Position numbers and translations under genes: made by a program. A stretch of 64,000 bases of DNA, from contig OZ244898.1 in the NCBI GenBank assembly GCA_965221585.1, positions 176,719 through 240,718 of the forward strand. The letters are read 5' to 3'. The DNA is from Candidatus Aldehydirespiratoraceae bacterium. GTDB taxonomy: Bacteria > Actinomycetota > Acidimicrobiia > Acidimicrobiales > Aldehydirespiratoraceae. Below the pieces are notes generated by a model that ran no database searches, had not been told where the DNA came from, and worked only from the letters and a program-made list of their open reading frames with translations. Shown here piece after piece: positions 38,499 through 47,329 of the stretch; position 1 is the first letter of the stretch; the number at the start of each line of letters is the position of its first letter.

Positions 38499-39959
38499 CT
38501 ACAGCGCGGGAATGGGGTCTTCGCGCAGCCACGACTCGACCAGTTCGGCGGCTTCGTTACCTGCGAGATGGGTTATGATTTCCAGGAACTCCCCGGTGTT
38601 GGTGTTGCCATAAGCGCTTTGTTCGTAGTGGGTTCTCAGAATCTCGATGAACACCGCGTCACCGACGTATTGCCGTAGCGCGTGCAGTGTCAAAGCGCCC
38701 CGCCGATAGACGGATACGCCGAACAACTCGGAGTGTTCGATCTCCAGCGGAGGCACCGCGGCGACCTCGGCCAGGTAGTCGTGCTGTTCGGCCATCTGCA
38801 GGTCGAGGTCCACTCCGTAGTACTCGGCCAGGTACATGAACGAGAGGTAGGTGGCGAACCCCTCGTGCAGCCAGGTCTCGCTCCAGTCGTCCAATGTCGA
38901 CGAATTGCCCAACCATTGATGCGCTATCTCATGGGAGACGGTGAACGGATCGATCGCATATCGACCGTGCACTGAGAGTGTTTGGTTCTCCAATGCGAAA
39001 CCGAGGCCGAACGGCATCACGATCGTGCCGTAGACCTCGAACGGGTAGGGGCCGAGAAGGCTCTCGAAGTAGTTGATCACCTCGGGTGTGATTGAGAGAG
39101 CGTCGACTACCCCCTCTGGGTCGGCTCGGGGAACGTAGTCGCGGATCAACGGGCCATCGGCCAGCGCGGTCTCCACACGTTCGAAGTCACCGACGTAGAC
39201 CGCGGCCAGGTAGGTAGCCATCGGGTCTTCCATCAGCCAAGTCGTGCTTGTGGAACCATTGTTGCTGGTCTCTTCTTCGAGCACGCCGGTGGCGGCCGCG
39301 GTGAAGGGTTCGGGAACCGTCAAGCGGATCTCGAAGGTCGCTTTGTCGATCGGGTGGTTGTTGGAGGGGAACCATGTCATCGAGCCGGACGGCTCGTTGA
39401 CCGTGTAGATGACGTTGTCGCGGTGATACCAGCCGAGTCGGGCGAACGGCACCCCCCGGTCGAAGATCGGCACGGGCGTTCCCGAGTAGCGCACAACGGT
39501 CGAGAACTCTGCGCCTGCGGCCAGCGGTTCGGGGGAAACGACGACGAGTTCGGCGGCTTGGCGGGAGAACTCCGCGTCCGAACCGTCGACTTCGACCGAT
39601 GCGACGGTGAGGCCCGACAGGTCCAGGTTGAATGCCGAGAGTTCCTCGGTGGCTTGTGCAGTGATTGTGGTGAGCGCCTGGACTGTGTTGGCCACGGGGT
39701 CGATGTCGAGGTCGATCTCGTAGTGGAGCACGTCATAGCCCCCGTTGCCCATGTACGGATAGAAGCTGTCACCGAGCCCTTCAGCCGCGCTCACCTCACG
39801 CGGCACGGTCGTGGTTGTCGTGGTCGTGCTCACGGTTGTAGTTGTGCTCATCGTCGTTACGGTGACCGGGGGCTCGGCAGGCCCGACGTCATCGATTCCG
39901 GTGCACGCGCCCCCAGATAGTGCCAAGACCAGGACAACGATCATTCCCGAACGTCTCAC
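38499..39959 (-). CDS. M1-family zinc metallopeptidase (aminopeptidase N-like) lipoprotein
   Basis: HEIAHQWLGN...WLHEGFATY (HEXXH-X18-E) and lipobox LALSGGAC. Confidence 0.9.
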   Translation of the reverse strand: MRRSGMIVVLVLALSGGACTGIDDVGPAEPPVTVTTMSTTTTVSTTTTTTTVPREVSAAEGLGDSFYPYMGNGGYDVLHYEIDLDIDPVANTVQALTTITAQATEELSAFNLDLSGLTVASVEVDGSDAEFSRQAAELVVVSPEPLAAGAEFSTVVRYSGTPVPIFDRGVPFARLGWYHRDNVIYTVNEPSGSMTWFPSNNHPIDKATFEIRLTVPEPFTAAATGVLEEETSNNGSTSTTWLMEDPMATYLAAVYVGDFERVETALADGPLIRDYVPRADPEGVVDALSITPEVINYFESLLGPYPFEVYGTIVMPFGLGFALENQTLSVHGRYAIDPFTVSHEIAHQWLGNSSTLDDWSETWLHEGFATYLSFMYLAEYYGVDLDLQMAEQHDYLAEVAAVPPLEIEHSELFGVSVYRRGALTLHALRQYVGDAVFIEILRTHYEQSAYGNTNTGEFLEIITHLAGNEAAELVESWLREDPIPAL

Positions 39960-40018
39960 GGTCCGCGAGTGTAGTAATAGGGTTTCAGGGACATGCAGGT
40001 GCCGAAGAGGCGAGAAGG

Positions 40019-40540
40019 ATGAGCGGATCGTTGAACAACGGCGAACTGAGGATTCGCGAAACGTACAATTCCTTTTGTAGGGCGATGTTCTTGCTCTGTG
40101 CCGTAATGTTCGCCGTGTGCGGGGTGATCGCCGGCTATGGCGTCGCGGAACTCTATTCTTCGGGCGAATCCGATCTTGCGATGGCCATTTTGGCTTTGCT
40201 TGCAGTCCTTTGCCTTTGTTGTGCCGTTGGGATATTGCGCCAGTACTTGGAACTTCGGATTGACGACAATCGTGTCGCGGCGCGTGCGTGGCCTTTCCCG
40301 TGGACCGTGGTCCCGATCGATCAGATCCTCACAAGCGAAGTCGTGCAGGTCGATCCGCGGCGGGACTACGGGGGCTGGGGATTCAAGGGACTGGCGCAGG
40401 ATCGGCTGATCGGTGGAGGGGGCACCACGGCGCTGCGGATCACCTACACCCACGAGTCGGGTGAGAAGCGCAAGCTGACGTTCCTCACGGATCGAGCCGA
40501 CGAGGCGCTACAGCGCATCGCGCTGCAACGGACCCGGTAG
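40019..40540 (+). CDS. Hypothetical membrane protein (two TM helices plus a small soluble C-domain)
   Basis: ATG at 40019. FLLCAVMFAVCGVIAGYGV and AMAILALLAVLCLCCAVGIL helices. No family recognised. Confidence 0.5.
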   Translation: MSGSLNNGELRIRETYNSFCRAMFLLCAVMFAVCGVIAGYGVAELYSSGESDLAMAILALLAVLCLCCAVGILRQYLELRIDDNRVAARAWPFPWTVVPIDQILTSEVVQVDPRRDYGGWGFKGLAQDRLIGGGGTTALRITYTHESGEKRKLTFLTDRADEALQRIALQRTR

Positions 40541-40555
40541 GCCCGGGCCGCCGAG

Positions 40556-41908
40556 TCAAGTTCGGCTGGTGCTGGCGCGGGCTTGGCGGACGCAGGCGGG
40601 GAGGCCGAGGCCTCGCATGGACGCGCCGGTGACGGTGACACCCGGGGTGTCACGTTCCAGGGACTCGTCTATCTGGTCGCAACGTTGGAGATGGCCGGGA
40701 AGGTACTGGGGGAGGCTGCGGCGCCAGGGCGTGACCCGCGTGACGCCCTCGCCCCTCAGGCCGACAGTCAGCGCCAATTCTTGCCGCAGGGTTTCGACGA
40801 GTGCCGACTCGTCGAGGTACAGCCAGCGTCGATCGTCGACTCGGCCCGCAGAGACCCGCAGGATGACGTGGTCGCCGTCGTCGTAGTGCTCCCATTTCGA
40901 CGATGCCCAAGAACAGGCAGTCATCAACAGGCCCTGGTCACGGGGCACCAGAAAACCGGCTCCCTCAAGGCTGTGACCCACCTGCTCGGTCGGCACGACG
41001 AAAGTGACCACCACCACGTCGGAGTAGACGAGGCCCGACAGCAGCGAAGCAGCCTGGGCACAATGAGGCTCGAGCAATGCCGCGCTGACGAACGCAGGTG
41101 TGGTGAGGATCACCCGGTCACCGTCGACGCGCCAGGACGTTGTTGCGACCCTCCAGGTACGACCGTGGCGCTCGAGCGAGACCGCCGGTGCGTGAATATA
41201 GATGTAGTCGCTGAGCTCGTCATGGAGCGCGTCGATGACCCGTTGAGTGCCGCCTATGGCCCCATTGAAGACCGGTCCCGGCGCGGCGGAGGCGCGCTGG
41301 GAGCGGAGAGCCTCTATGAACGGGCCACCGCTGCGGGCCGCGTCTGCCAACGCCCGCGCCCCCGAAGCGATACTCAGGTCGTCCGCGTTGCCCGCGTTAA
41401 TGCCCCCGAGCAACGGATCGACGAGCCGTTCGAACACCTCGTCGCCAGCACGCGCCCTGACCACGTCACCGACCGTGCTGTCGCCCACCAATCCAGGGTG
41501 GTCAGCGAAACCACGGGATCTCAACTCAGCGATCCCGTCAGCCGAGACGATCCCGCTGGCGCTGAGATCATCGGGCTCCAAGGGCACGCCCAGGACGCTC
41601 GGCGGGATCGGCCGAAGTGCCCCTTCAACCCAGACGAACGCCCCCGATGAGGTTGGTGACACCAGATCGTCGCCCAGACCGAGTTCACGGCACAGATCCG
41701 CCATCTCCGGCTCGCGGGCCAAGAACCCGTCGGCTGCACGGTCCACATCGAACCCCAGAGCCGAGCCTTCAACTGGGCCACCGGCGACCTTGCCCCCCAC
41801 CCGGTGGCTCGCCTCGAGCAGCACGAAGTCCTCACCCTGCCGATGAAGCTGGTGGGCCGCGGACAACCCTGTGATGCCGCCGCCGATGATCAGCGTCCGG
41901 TCGCTCAT
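40556..41908 (-). CDS. hemY: Protoporphyrinogen / coproporphyrinogen III oxidase (HemY/CgoX)
   Basis: FAD motif LIIGGGITGLSAAHQL. About 450 aa. The ATG overlaps the hemE stop (ATGA). Confidence 0.85.
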   Translation of the reverse strand: MSDRTLIIGGGITGLSAAHQLHRQGEDFVLLEASHRVGGKVAGGPVEGSALGFDVDRAADGFLAREPEMADLCRELGLGDDLVSPTSSGAFVWVEGALRPIPPSVLGVPLEPDDLSASGIVSADGIAELRSRGFADHPGLVGDSTVGDVVRARAGDEVFERLVDPLLGGINAGNADDLSIASGARALADAARSGGPFIEALRSQRASAAPGPVFNGAIGGTQRVIDALHDELSDYIYIHAPAVSLERHGRTWRVATTSWRVDGDRVILTTPAFVSAALLEPHCAQAASLLSGLVYSDVVVVTFVVPTEQVGHSLEGAGFLVPRDQGLLMTACSWASSKWEHYDDGDHVILRVSAGRVDDRRWLYLDESALVETLRQELALTVGLRGEGVTRVTPWRRSLPQYLPGHLQRCDQIDESLERDTPGVTVTGASMRGLGLPACVRQARASTSRT

Positions 41909-42990
41909 TGCGGCTCCGGATCGGCCGATCCGACCGTCCCTTCGGTGTGAACGACCCTCACCACCTCGCTCAGCACGTCGGGGTCACTCATCGGTAGCAC
42001 GCCGTGGCCGAGATTGAAGATATGGCCGGGTTGACCGGCATTGGACGCAAGAATCTCGCGGGCACCTGAAACCGCCGCATCGACCCCCGCGATCACGGCG
42101 GCCGGGTCGAGGTTGCCCTGCAGCACCACGCCCTCGCCGAGTCGGGCTCGGGCTGTGTCGATCCGCACACGCCAATCCACGCCAACGACATCGGCACCGA
42201 CACCGTGGATCAGCTCCAGGAGTTCGCCGGTGTTGACACCGAAATGGATTCGAGGCACGCCCGTCCCCTCGATCGCGTCGAACACCTTGCGCGAATGCGC
42301 CGCCACGTAGCGCTGATACTGGTCAGGCGACAGCGCCCCTGCCCACGAATCGAACAACTGTACCGCCGATGCGCCGCCGTCGATCTGCGAAGTGAGAGAA
42401 GCAATGGCGAGGTCGGCCAACCGGTCCATCAACGAGTGCCAGAGATGTTCGTCGTTGAACATCAGCGACTTCGTCTTCAGGTAGTCACGCGACGGCCGCC
42501 CCTCAATCAGATACGACGCCACGGTGAAGGGAGCACCCGCGAACCCGATCAGCGGCACGTCGAGTTCCCTGACCAACTGAGCGACCGTCTCCAGCACGTA
42601 GGGCGTGTCGGAAACAGGATCAAGGGGGCGCAGCCGGTCGAGATCCGCTGAACTGCGAAACGGCTCAGCTATCTCGGGCCCGACTCCGGGCGTGACCGCA
42701 ACTCCGAAACCTACCGCATGGGCCGGCACGACGATGTCGGAGTAGAGAATGGCGGCATCGACCCCGTAGCGGCGCACGGGTTGGAGCGTGATCTCGGTTG
42801 AGAGGTCGGGGTTCTTGATCGCGTCGAGGATCGATCCGCTGCCGCGGACCGCCCGGTATTCGGGGAGGGAGCGTCCTGCTTGGCGCATGAACCAGACAGG
42901 GACCCGTTCATGGGGCAGGCCCCGGCAGGCCCGCAGGAAACAATGTTCTTCGAAGGGGTCCGATGTGCCCACGTCACGCATGCCACCCAC
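41905..42990 (-). CDS. hemE: Uroporphyrinogen decarboxylase
   Basis: FLRACRGLPHERVPVWFMRQAGRSLPEYR...LYSDI...IFNLGHGV. Start is GTG at 42990 or ATG at 42981. Confidence 0.95.
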   Translation of the reverse strand: MGGMRDVGTSDPFEEHCFLRACRGLPHERVPVWFMRQAGRSLPEYRAVRGSGSILDAIKNPDLSTEITLQPVRRYGVDAAILYSDIVVPAHAVGFGVAVTPGVGPEIAEPFRSSADLDRLRPLDPVSDTPYVLETVAQLVRELDVPLIGFAGAPFTVASYLIEGRPSRDYLKTKSLMFNDEHLWHSLMDRLADLAIASLTSQIDGGASAVQLFDSWAGALSPDQYQRYVAAHSRKVFDAIEGTGVPRIHFGVNTGELLELIHGVGADVVGVDWRVRIDTARARLGEGVVLQGNLDPAAVIAGVDAAVSGAREILASNAGQPGHIFNLGHGVLPMSDPDVLSEVVRVVHTEGTVGSADPEPQ

Positions 42991-42991
42991 G

Positions 42992-43942
42992 CTAGCTGTG
43001 CTTCCCCTGTTGGATCAGCGCCCGCAGACCGATACCGGTCGGGGTCTTAAGGAGCCGATCAACCGCGATCTCACCGGCGCGCACCGCCTGTCGGCGCCGG
43101 TCTCCCTCATCGTCGGGCAGACCCTCGAGCGTGTCGGGGTGAGGTTCGACCACCACGACCGCGGTGCCCTGCCGCCGAACCTCGTTGACCTCGCTGGTCA
43201 GCTTGTTGTTGAACCAGGTGCGGACAGGATTGGTGAGTCGACCAAGCACGCCGCTGCCGCCCGTCATCGCCGAGGAGATGATCACAAGGTCGAAGCCGAG
43301 CATCGCGGTGAGGTCTGCGTTGGTTGCGGAGTGCACACCGCCGTCGATGTACTCGGTCTTCCCGATCCGGGCCGGAACGTACACGCCAGGCACCGCCGAC
43401 GACGCCTGTGCCGCCTGGCCGATCGTGCCCCTGACGTCATCGCGGCCGAACACGATGCGGCGACCGTCGCTTGCCCGCACCGCAACAATCCAGGTCGGCA
43501 GCTTCGTCCAGCGGTCCGGGTGGAGTTCGTCCATGCGTTTGCTGGAGGCGGCTCCAGAACGGGTCCCCCGGGGGATGGCCCCGAGCGCGGCCCTCACCGG
43601 GTCGAGATTCCAGGGAGGCCAGAGGGCCTTGGCTGACATCTCCACTGACAGCGGCCGCCAGTCCCTCTCGACAGCAGGTTCGGCGAACTCGGTGGTCACC
43701 CTCGAATAGATCTCGGCGGCCTGCGGGCTCACCGGTTCGTCACGGAACCGGGCCACCCGGTCAGCCGCCGAAATTCCGCTGCGAAGACTGATGGCGGTGA
43801 ACGCTCCCGCTGAAGTCCCGACGATCAGGTCCGCGTCACGAGGATCCCAACCCGTCTCCGACTCCAGACGCGACAGCACCCCGCAATGCCAAGGGTCGCC
43901 CACCGTTCCGCCCGCGCCAAGAACCAGTCCGACTGTGAACAT
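42992..43942 (-). CDS. Patatin-like phospholipase family protein
   Basis: GLVLGAGGTVG (oxyanion GGxxG), GTSAGA (GxSxG), DGGVHS (catalytic Asp). Confidence 0.85.
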   Translation of the reverse strand: MFTVGLVLGAGGTVGDPWHCGVLSRLESETGWDPRDADLIVGTSAGAFTAISLRSGISAADRVARFRDEPVSPQAAEIYSRVTTEFAEPAVERDWRPLSVEMSAKALWPPWNLDPVRAALGAIPRGTRSGAASSKRMDELHPDRWTKLPTWIVAVRASDGRRIVFGRDDVRGTIGQAAQASSAVPGVYVPARIGKTEYIDGGVHSATNADLTAMLGFDLVIISSAMTGGSGVLGRLTNPVRTWFNNKLTSEVNEVRRQGTAVVVVEPHPDTLEGLPDDEGDRRRQAVRAGEIAVDRLLKTPTGIGLRALIQQGKHS

Positions 43943-43954
43943 CCCCGCAGCGTA

Positions 43955-43970
43955 GGGGCGTCCGCGCCCC
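43955..43970. promoter_or_regulatory. GC-rich inverted repeat in the patatin/helD-like divergent promoter
   Basis: GGGGCG-tccg-CGCCCC, read directly. It lies 13 nt upstream of the patatin ATG and about 57 nt upstream of the helicase start. Confidence 0.35.
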
Positions 43971-44026
43971 GCTAGGCTAAATGACTCCCTATTCGCGGTT
44001 TCCTATTCGTTTGGTACTTCTGAGAG

Positions 44027-46105
44027 TTGATCGGCAAAGTGTCGCAACATCACCCGGAACTAGAGGCTGAACAGGCATATCTCGACGCTGCCTACGGCTG
44101 CCTCGACGACTCGCGTGAGCGGGTGCGGCGGATAACCGAGATGTTCGAGGCAACCCGAGGCGGCACCAATCAGGCGCGTTTCGAGAGGGAATCGGTACTT
44201 CAGGGCGCATTGAACCGTCTGAGCAGGCTCAACCTGCAGAATCGCTCGTTGGTGTTCGGACGCATCGATCCCTCGGGAACCGACGAACGCTTCTACATCG
44301 GCCGTGTCGGTGTCTGGGACGATGACCAGAACGCGGTGGTGGTCGATTGGCGGGCACCAGTCGCTGAACCGTTCTACCGGGCCACCGGTCGTGAGCCGTT
44401 GGGGCTCGAGCGACGCCGGTTCTTCGCCACGCGGGGCCGCACCCTGCTCGGAATCGACGATGAACTGTTCGGTGAGCTTGCCGACCCCAACCACACGAGC
44501 GACGCAGCGGCAAGGGGCGAGGGTGCACTGATCGCTGCTCTGGAAGCGGCACGCACGGGGAGGCTCGGTGACATCGTCGCCACGATCCAAGCCGAACAGG
44601 ATGAGATCATCCGCGCGCCGATGCCCGGACTGTTGGTGGTTCAGGGCGGGCCCGGCACGGGCAAGACCGTGGTGGCGCTGCACCGGGCGGCCTATCTCCT
44701 CTACACACATCGGCTTTCGCTGGAGACTCAGGGTGTCCTGGTAGTGGCCCCGAACCGGTTGTTCATTGCATACATCGAACAGGTGTTGCCGTCGCTGGGA
44801 GAGGCGGGAGTGACCATTGCGGTGCTCGCCGACCTGGTGCAGCCGCGGGTCCGGGTCGAGGGCCTCGACGATGAGCCCGCGGCCCGAGTCAAGGGCGACC
44901 CGCGGATGGTGGAGGTACTGGCCGCCGCGGTGTCGGATCGGCAGCGACGTCTCCGAACCGATCAGCAATTCGGTTTCGGTCTTCAGCGGTTGCGGATAAG
45001 CGTCGCCGAGTCCCGCAGAATCGTCTCGGTGGCCCGCCGGCGTTCCCGAACCCACAATGCGGGTCGCAAGATAGTTGAGGACCTGTTCTTTGAGACGCTT
45101 GCCGAGAGTGCACGCAAGCACGTCGATCCCCAGGTTGTGCGTGAACGGATGCGAAACGATGTCGGGGTTCGGGAGACGCTCGACTGGATGTGGCCGGTTC
45201 TGACCCCGGCACATCTGTTGCACGACCTGTACGGTTCGCAGGCGCTGTTGAAGTCTGCGAACCGCGGGGTGTTCGGTGAGGACGAGATACTGCGTCTGCA
45301 CCGGCGGAGATGCAGCCATGCCGATGAGGTTGTGTGGAGCTTCGAGGACGTACCGCTGCTCGACGAGGCCCGTGCGGTATTGGGTCCTCGCCCGGGCAAA
45401 CGCGCGGTGGACGCGGTCCGCACCTACGGGCACATCTGTATTGATGAGGCGCAGGACCTCTCTCCGATGGAGTTGCGTATGGTGGCGCGCCGGTCACTCA
45501 ATGGATCGCTGACCGTCGTCGGCGATATCGCCCAGGCGACGGGTGCGTGGGCGAACAGCGATTGGGACTCCGTGATCGCGGCGTTCGCCAGCAAGCATGA
45601 GCCGAGGATCAAGGCACTGAGCGTCGGTTACCGGATACCTGGGCCGACGATGATGTTGGCCAACAGGATTCTGCCGTTCGCCGCGCCGGGGTTGCTTCCT
45701 CCCACGCCCGTGCGGTCGGACGGTGACGATCCTCAACTTGTTGAGGTTCGCGATTCGCTAGAGGAGACCTTGATCCGGGTGGTCTTGGCGGAACTTGCCA
45801 AGGTGGGGGAGGGCAACGTTGCGGTGATCGTCCCCGCTTCTCTGCTCCAGAGCGTGTCTTCGGCCTTTGCGGCCCGGGAGCTGCCCTTCGGCGGGCCGAC
45901 TCGCCATGGTCTCGACCAGAGGGTCACGGTGGTGCCGGTGCGCCTGGTCAAGGGTCTCGAGGTGGACGCCGCTGTCGTGGTTGAGCCGCGCAGAATCGTT
46001 GACGAGGAGACCTGCGGTATGCGGTCCTTGTATGTGGCGTTGACTAGGGCCACGAAGCGAGTGACCGTCGTCTACAGCGAGCTTCTGCCTGAGCTGCTCG
46101 GATGA
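44027..46105 (+). CDS. helD: HelD/HelR-like UvrD-family (SF1) helicase-like ATPase
   Basis: N-terminal EAEQAYLDAAY...FGRID...FYIGRVGVWD...VVDWRAPVAEPFYRA. Walker A GGPGTGKT; CIDEAQD. The start is uncertain: TTG at 44027 or GTG at 44039. Confidence 0.85.
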   Translation: MIGKVSQHHPELEAEQAYLDAAYGCLDDSRERVRRITEMFEATRGGTNQARFERESVLQGALNRLSRLNLQNRSLVFGRIDPSGTDERFYIGRVGVWDDDQNAVVVDWRAPVAEPFYRATGREPLGLERRRFFATRGRTLLGIDDELFGELADPNHTSDAAARGEGALIAALEAARTGRLGDIVATIQAEQDEIIRAPMPGLLVVQGGPGTGKTVVALHRAAYLLYTHRLSLETQGVLVVAPNRLFIAYIEQVLPSLGEAGVTIAVLADLVQPRVRVEGLDDEPAARVKGDPRMVEVLAAAVSDRQRRLRTDQQFGFGLQRLRISVAESRRIVSVARRRSRTHNAGRKIVEDLFFETLAESARKHVDPQVVRERMRNDVGVRETLDWMWPVLTPAHLLHDLYGSQALLKSANRGVFGEDEILRLHRRRCSHADEVVWSFEDVPLLDEARAVLGPRPGKRAVDAVRTYGHICIDEAQDLSPMELRMVARRSLNGSLTVVGDIAQATGAWANSDWDSVIAAFASKHEPRIKALSVGYRIPGPTMMLANRILPFAAPGLLPPTPVRSDGDDPQLVEVRDSLEETLIRVVLAELAKVGEGNVAVIVPASLLQSVSSAFAARELPFGGPTRHGLDQRVTVVPVRLVKGLEVDAAVVVEPRRIVDEETCGMRSLYVALTRATKRVTVVYSELLPELLG

Positions 46106-46146
46106 CGAATTCGTTGAAGACGTCCAGCGGCGATACGATGTAAGGC

Positions 46147-47259
46147 ATGCCTCACACGGATGCGGACTCCGAACTGGTCGCATTGGTGGTCGTCGCCAAA
46201 GATCTCTGGGTGAACCGTTCCGTTCCCGTGCTGAAGGGAGCTGATCTGGTGGCCGCGCCGGGTCAGCATCTTGTGATCCTGGGTCCCAGTGGTTGCGGCA
46301 AGACCACCTTTCTGCGGGCGATAGCGGGTCTGGAACCGGTTGAGCAGGGCGAGATCCGGGTTGGTTCACAGTTGGTTGCCAGTTCCACCGTGCACGTTGC
46401 TCCGGAGAAGCGCCGTGTGGGTCTGGTGTTCCAGGACGGTGCTCTGTTCCCGCACATGAGCGTGGCTGCCAATGTGGCTTACGGACTGCCGCGGGCGCAT
46501 CGTTGGCGCAGACTCGGACGGACCAGTGATCGTGGCCGCGAGTCGGTGCGGATGATGCTGGAGATGGTCGGGCTCGAGTCCTTCGGTGATCGGCTGCCCG
46601 GTTCGCTCTCGGGCGGGCAGCAACAGCGGGTGGCGCTGGCCCGCGCACTGGTGCCCCGACCTTCGGTTCTGCTCTTCGACGAGCCGTTCTCGAGTCTGGA
46701 CTCCAACCTGCGCGCCGGGGTGCGGTCCGAGGTTGCTCAGCTTCTCAGGGAGCTTGAGATCACTGCGATCTTTGTCACCCATGATCAGACCGAGGCTTTC
46801 GAACTAGGCGATGAAGTGGCTGTGATGCGCGACGGGGTGCTGGTTCAGCAGGCGACACCGGCTGAGTTGTACAACCGACCCGCGGACCCTTGGTTGGCAG
46901 CGTTCGTGGGTGAGGCGGAGTTGTTGGCGGGTTACGCCAAGGGTTCCGAGGCTGACACTGTGCTCGGGCGTATTCCGCTGTCGAACTCGGCGAGTGGCCC
47001 CGTCGAGGTCCTGGTCCGCCCCGAGGAGATTGTGCTGTCTCCGGGATACGGAGGGCGGGTTGTCGGGATCGACTACTGCGGGCACGATGCGTTGATAAGC
47101 GTTGCTTTGGCGGGGGGAACGGTGGTCAGGAGCCGAGCGACCGGCGCGCCGAGATATGCGGTCGGTGCCGAGGTCGCGGTCGGTCACTCGGGGGTGTCGA
47201 CCCTGGCCTATGGGAGTTCTTCCGTTCCGGTTCAGAGGGTGGCCGAGTCGGTCGGCTAG
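46147..47259 (+). CDS. ABC transporter ATP-binding protein (Fe3+/polyamine importer type, FbpC-like)
   Basis: Walker A GPSGCGKTT, signature LSGGQQQRVALARAL, Walker B LLFDEPFSSLD, C-terminal TOBE-like domain. Confidence 0.9.
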   Translation: MPHTDADSELVALVVVAKDLWVNRSVPVLKGADLVAAPGQHLVILGPSGCGKTTFLRAIAGLEPVEQGEIRVGSQLVASSTVHVAPEKRRVGLVFQDGALFPHMSVAANVAYGLPRAHRWRRLGRTSDRGRESVRMMLEMVGLESFGDRLPGSLSGGQQQRVALARALVPRPSVLLFDEPFSSLDSNLRAGVRSEVAQLLRELEITAIFVTHDQTEAFELGDEVAVMRDGVLVQQATPAELYNRPADPWLAAFVGEAELLAGYAKGSEADTVLGRIPLSNSASGPVEVLVRPEEIVLSPGYGGRVVGIDYCGHDALISVALAGGTVVRSRATGAPRYAVGAEVAVGHSGVSTLAYGSSSVPVQRVAESVG

Positions 47260-47269
47260 ATCAGGGTTA

Positions 47270-47304
47270 TGACATATGTCACATGTTAGGTATGCCTAAC
47301 ATTG
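47270..47304. promoter_or_regulatory. AT-rich operator-like palindromes upstream of the iron SBP gene (possible DtxR/IdeR-type box)
   Basis: Perfect 12-bp palindrome TGACATATGTCA (47270-47281), then TTAGGTATGCCTAAC (47286-47300), which resembles the core of the IdeR box TTAGGTTAGGCTAACCTAA. TATAGT (47318-47323) lies 6 nt before the ATG. Confidence 0.35.
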
Positions 47305-47329
47305 CCTGGATCCTGGTTATAGTCCCGGC

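Noticed and set aside
44060-45433. 457-aa ORF antisense to the HelD-like gene (plus 44889..45497 and 45758..46648)
   Set aside because: It is antisense to a gene with clear helicase motifs, has an R/P/G-rich composition and shows no recognisable motifs.
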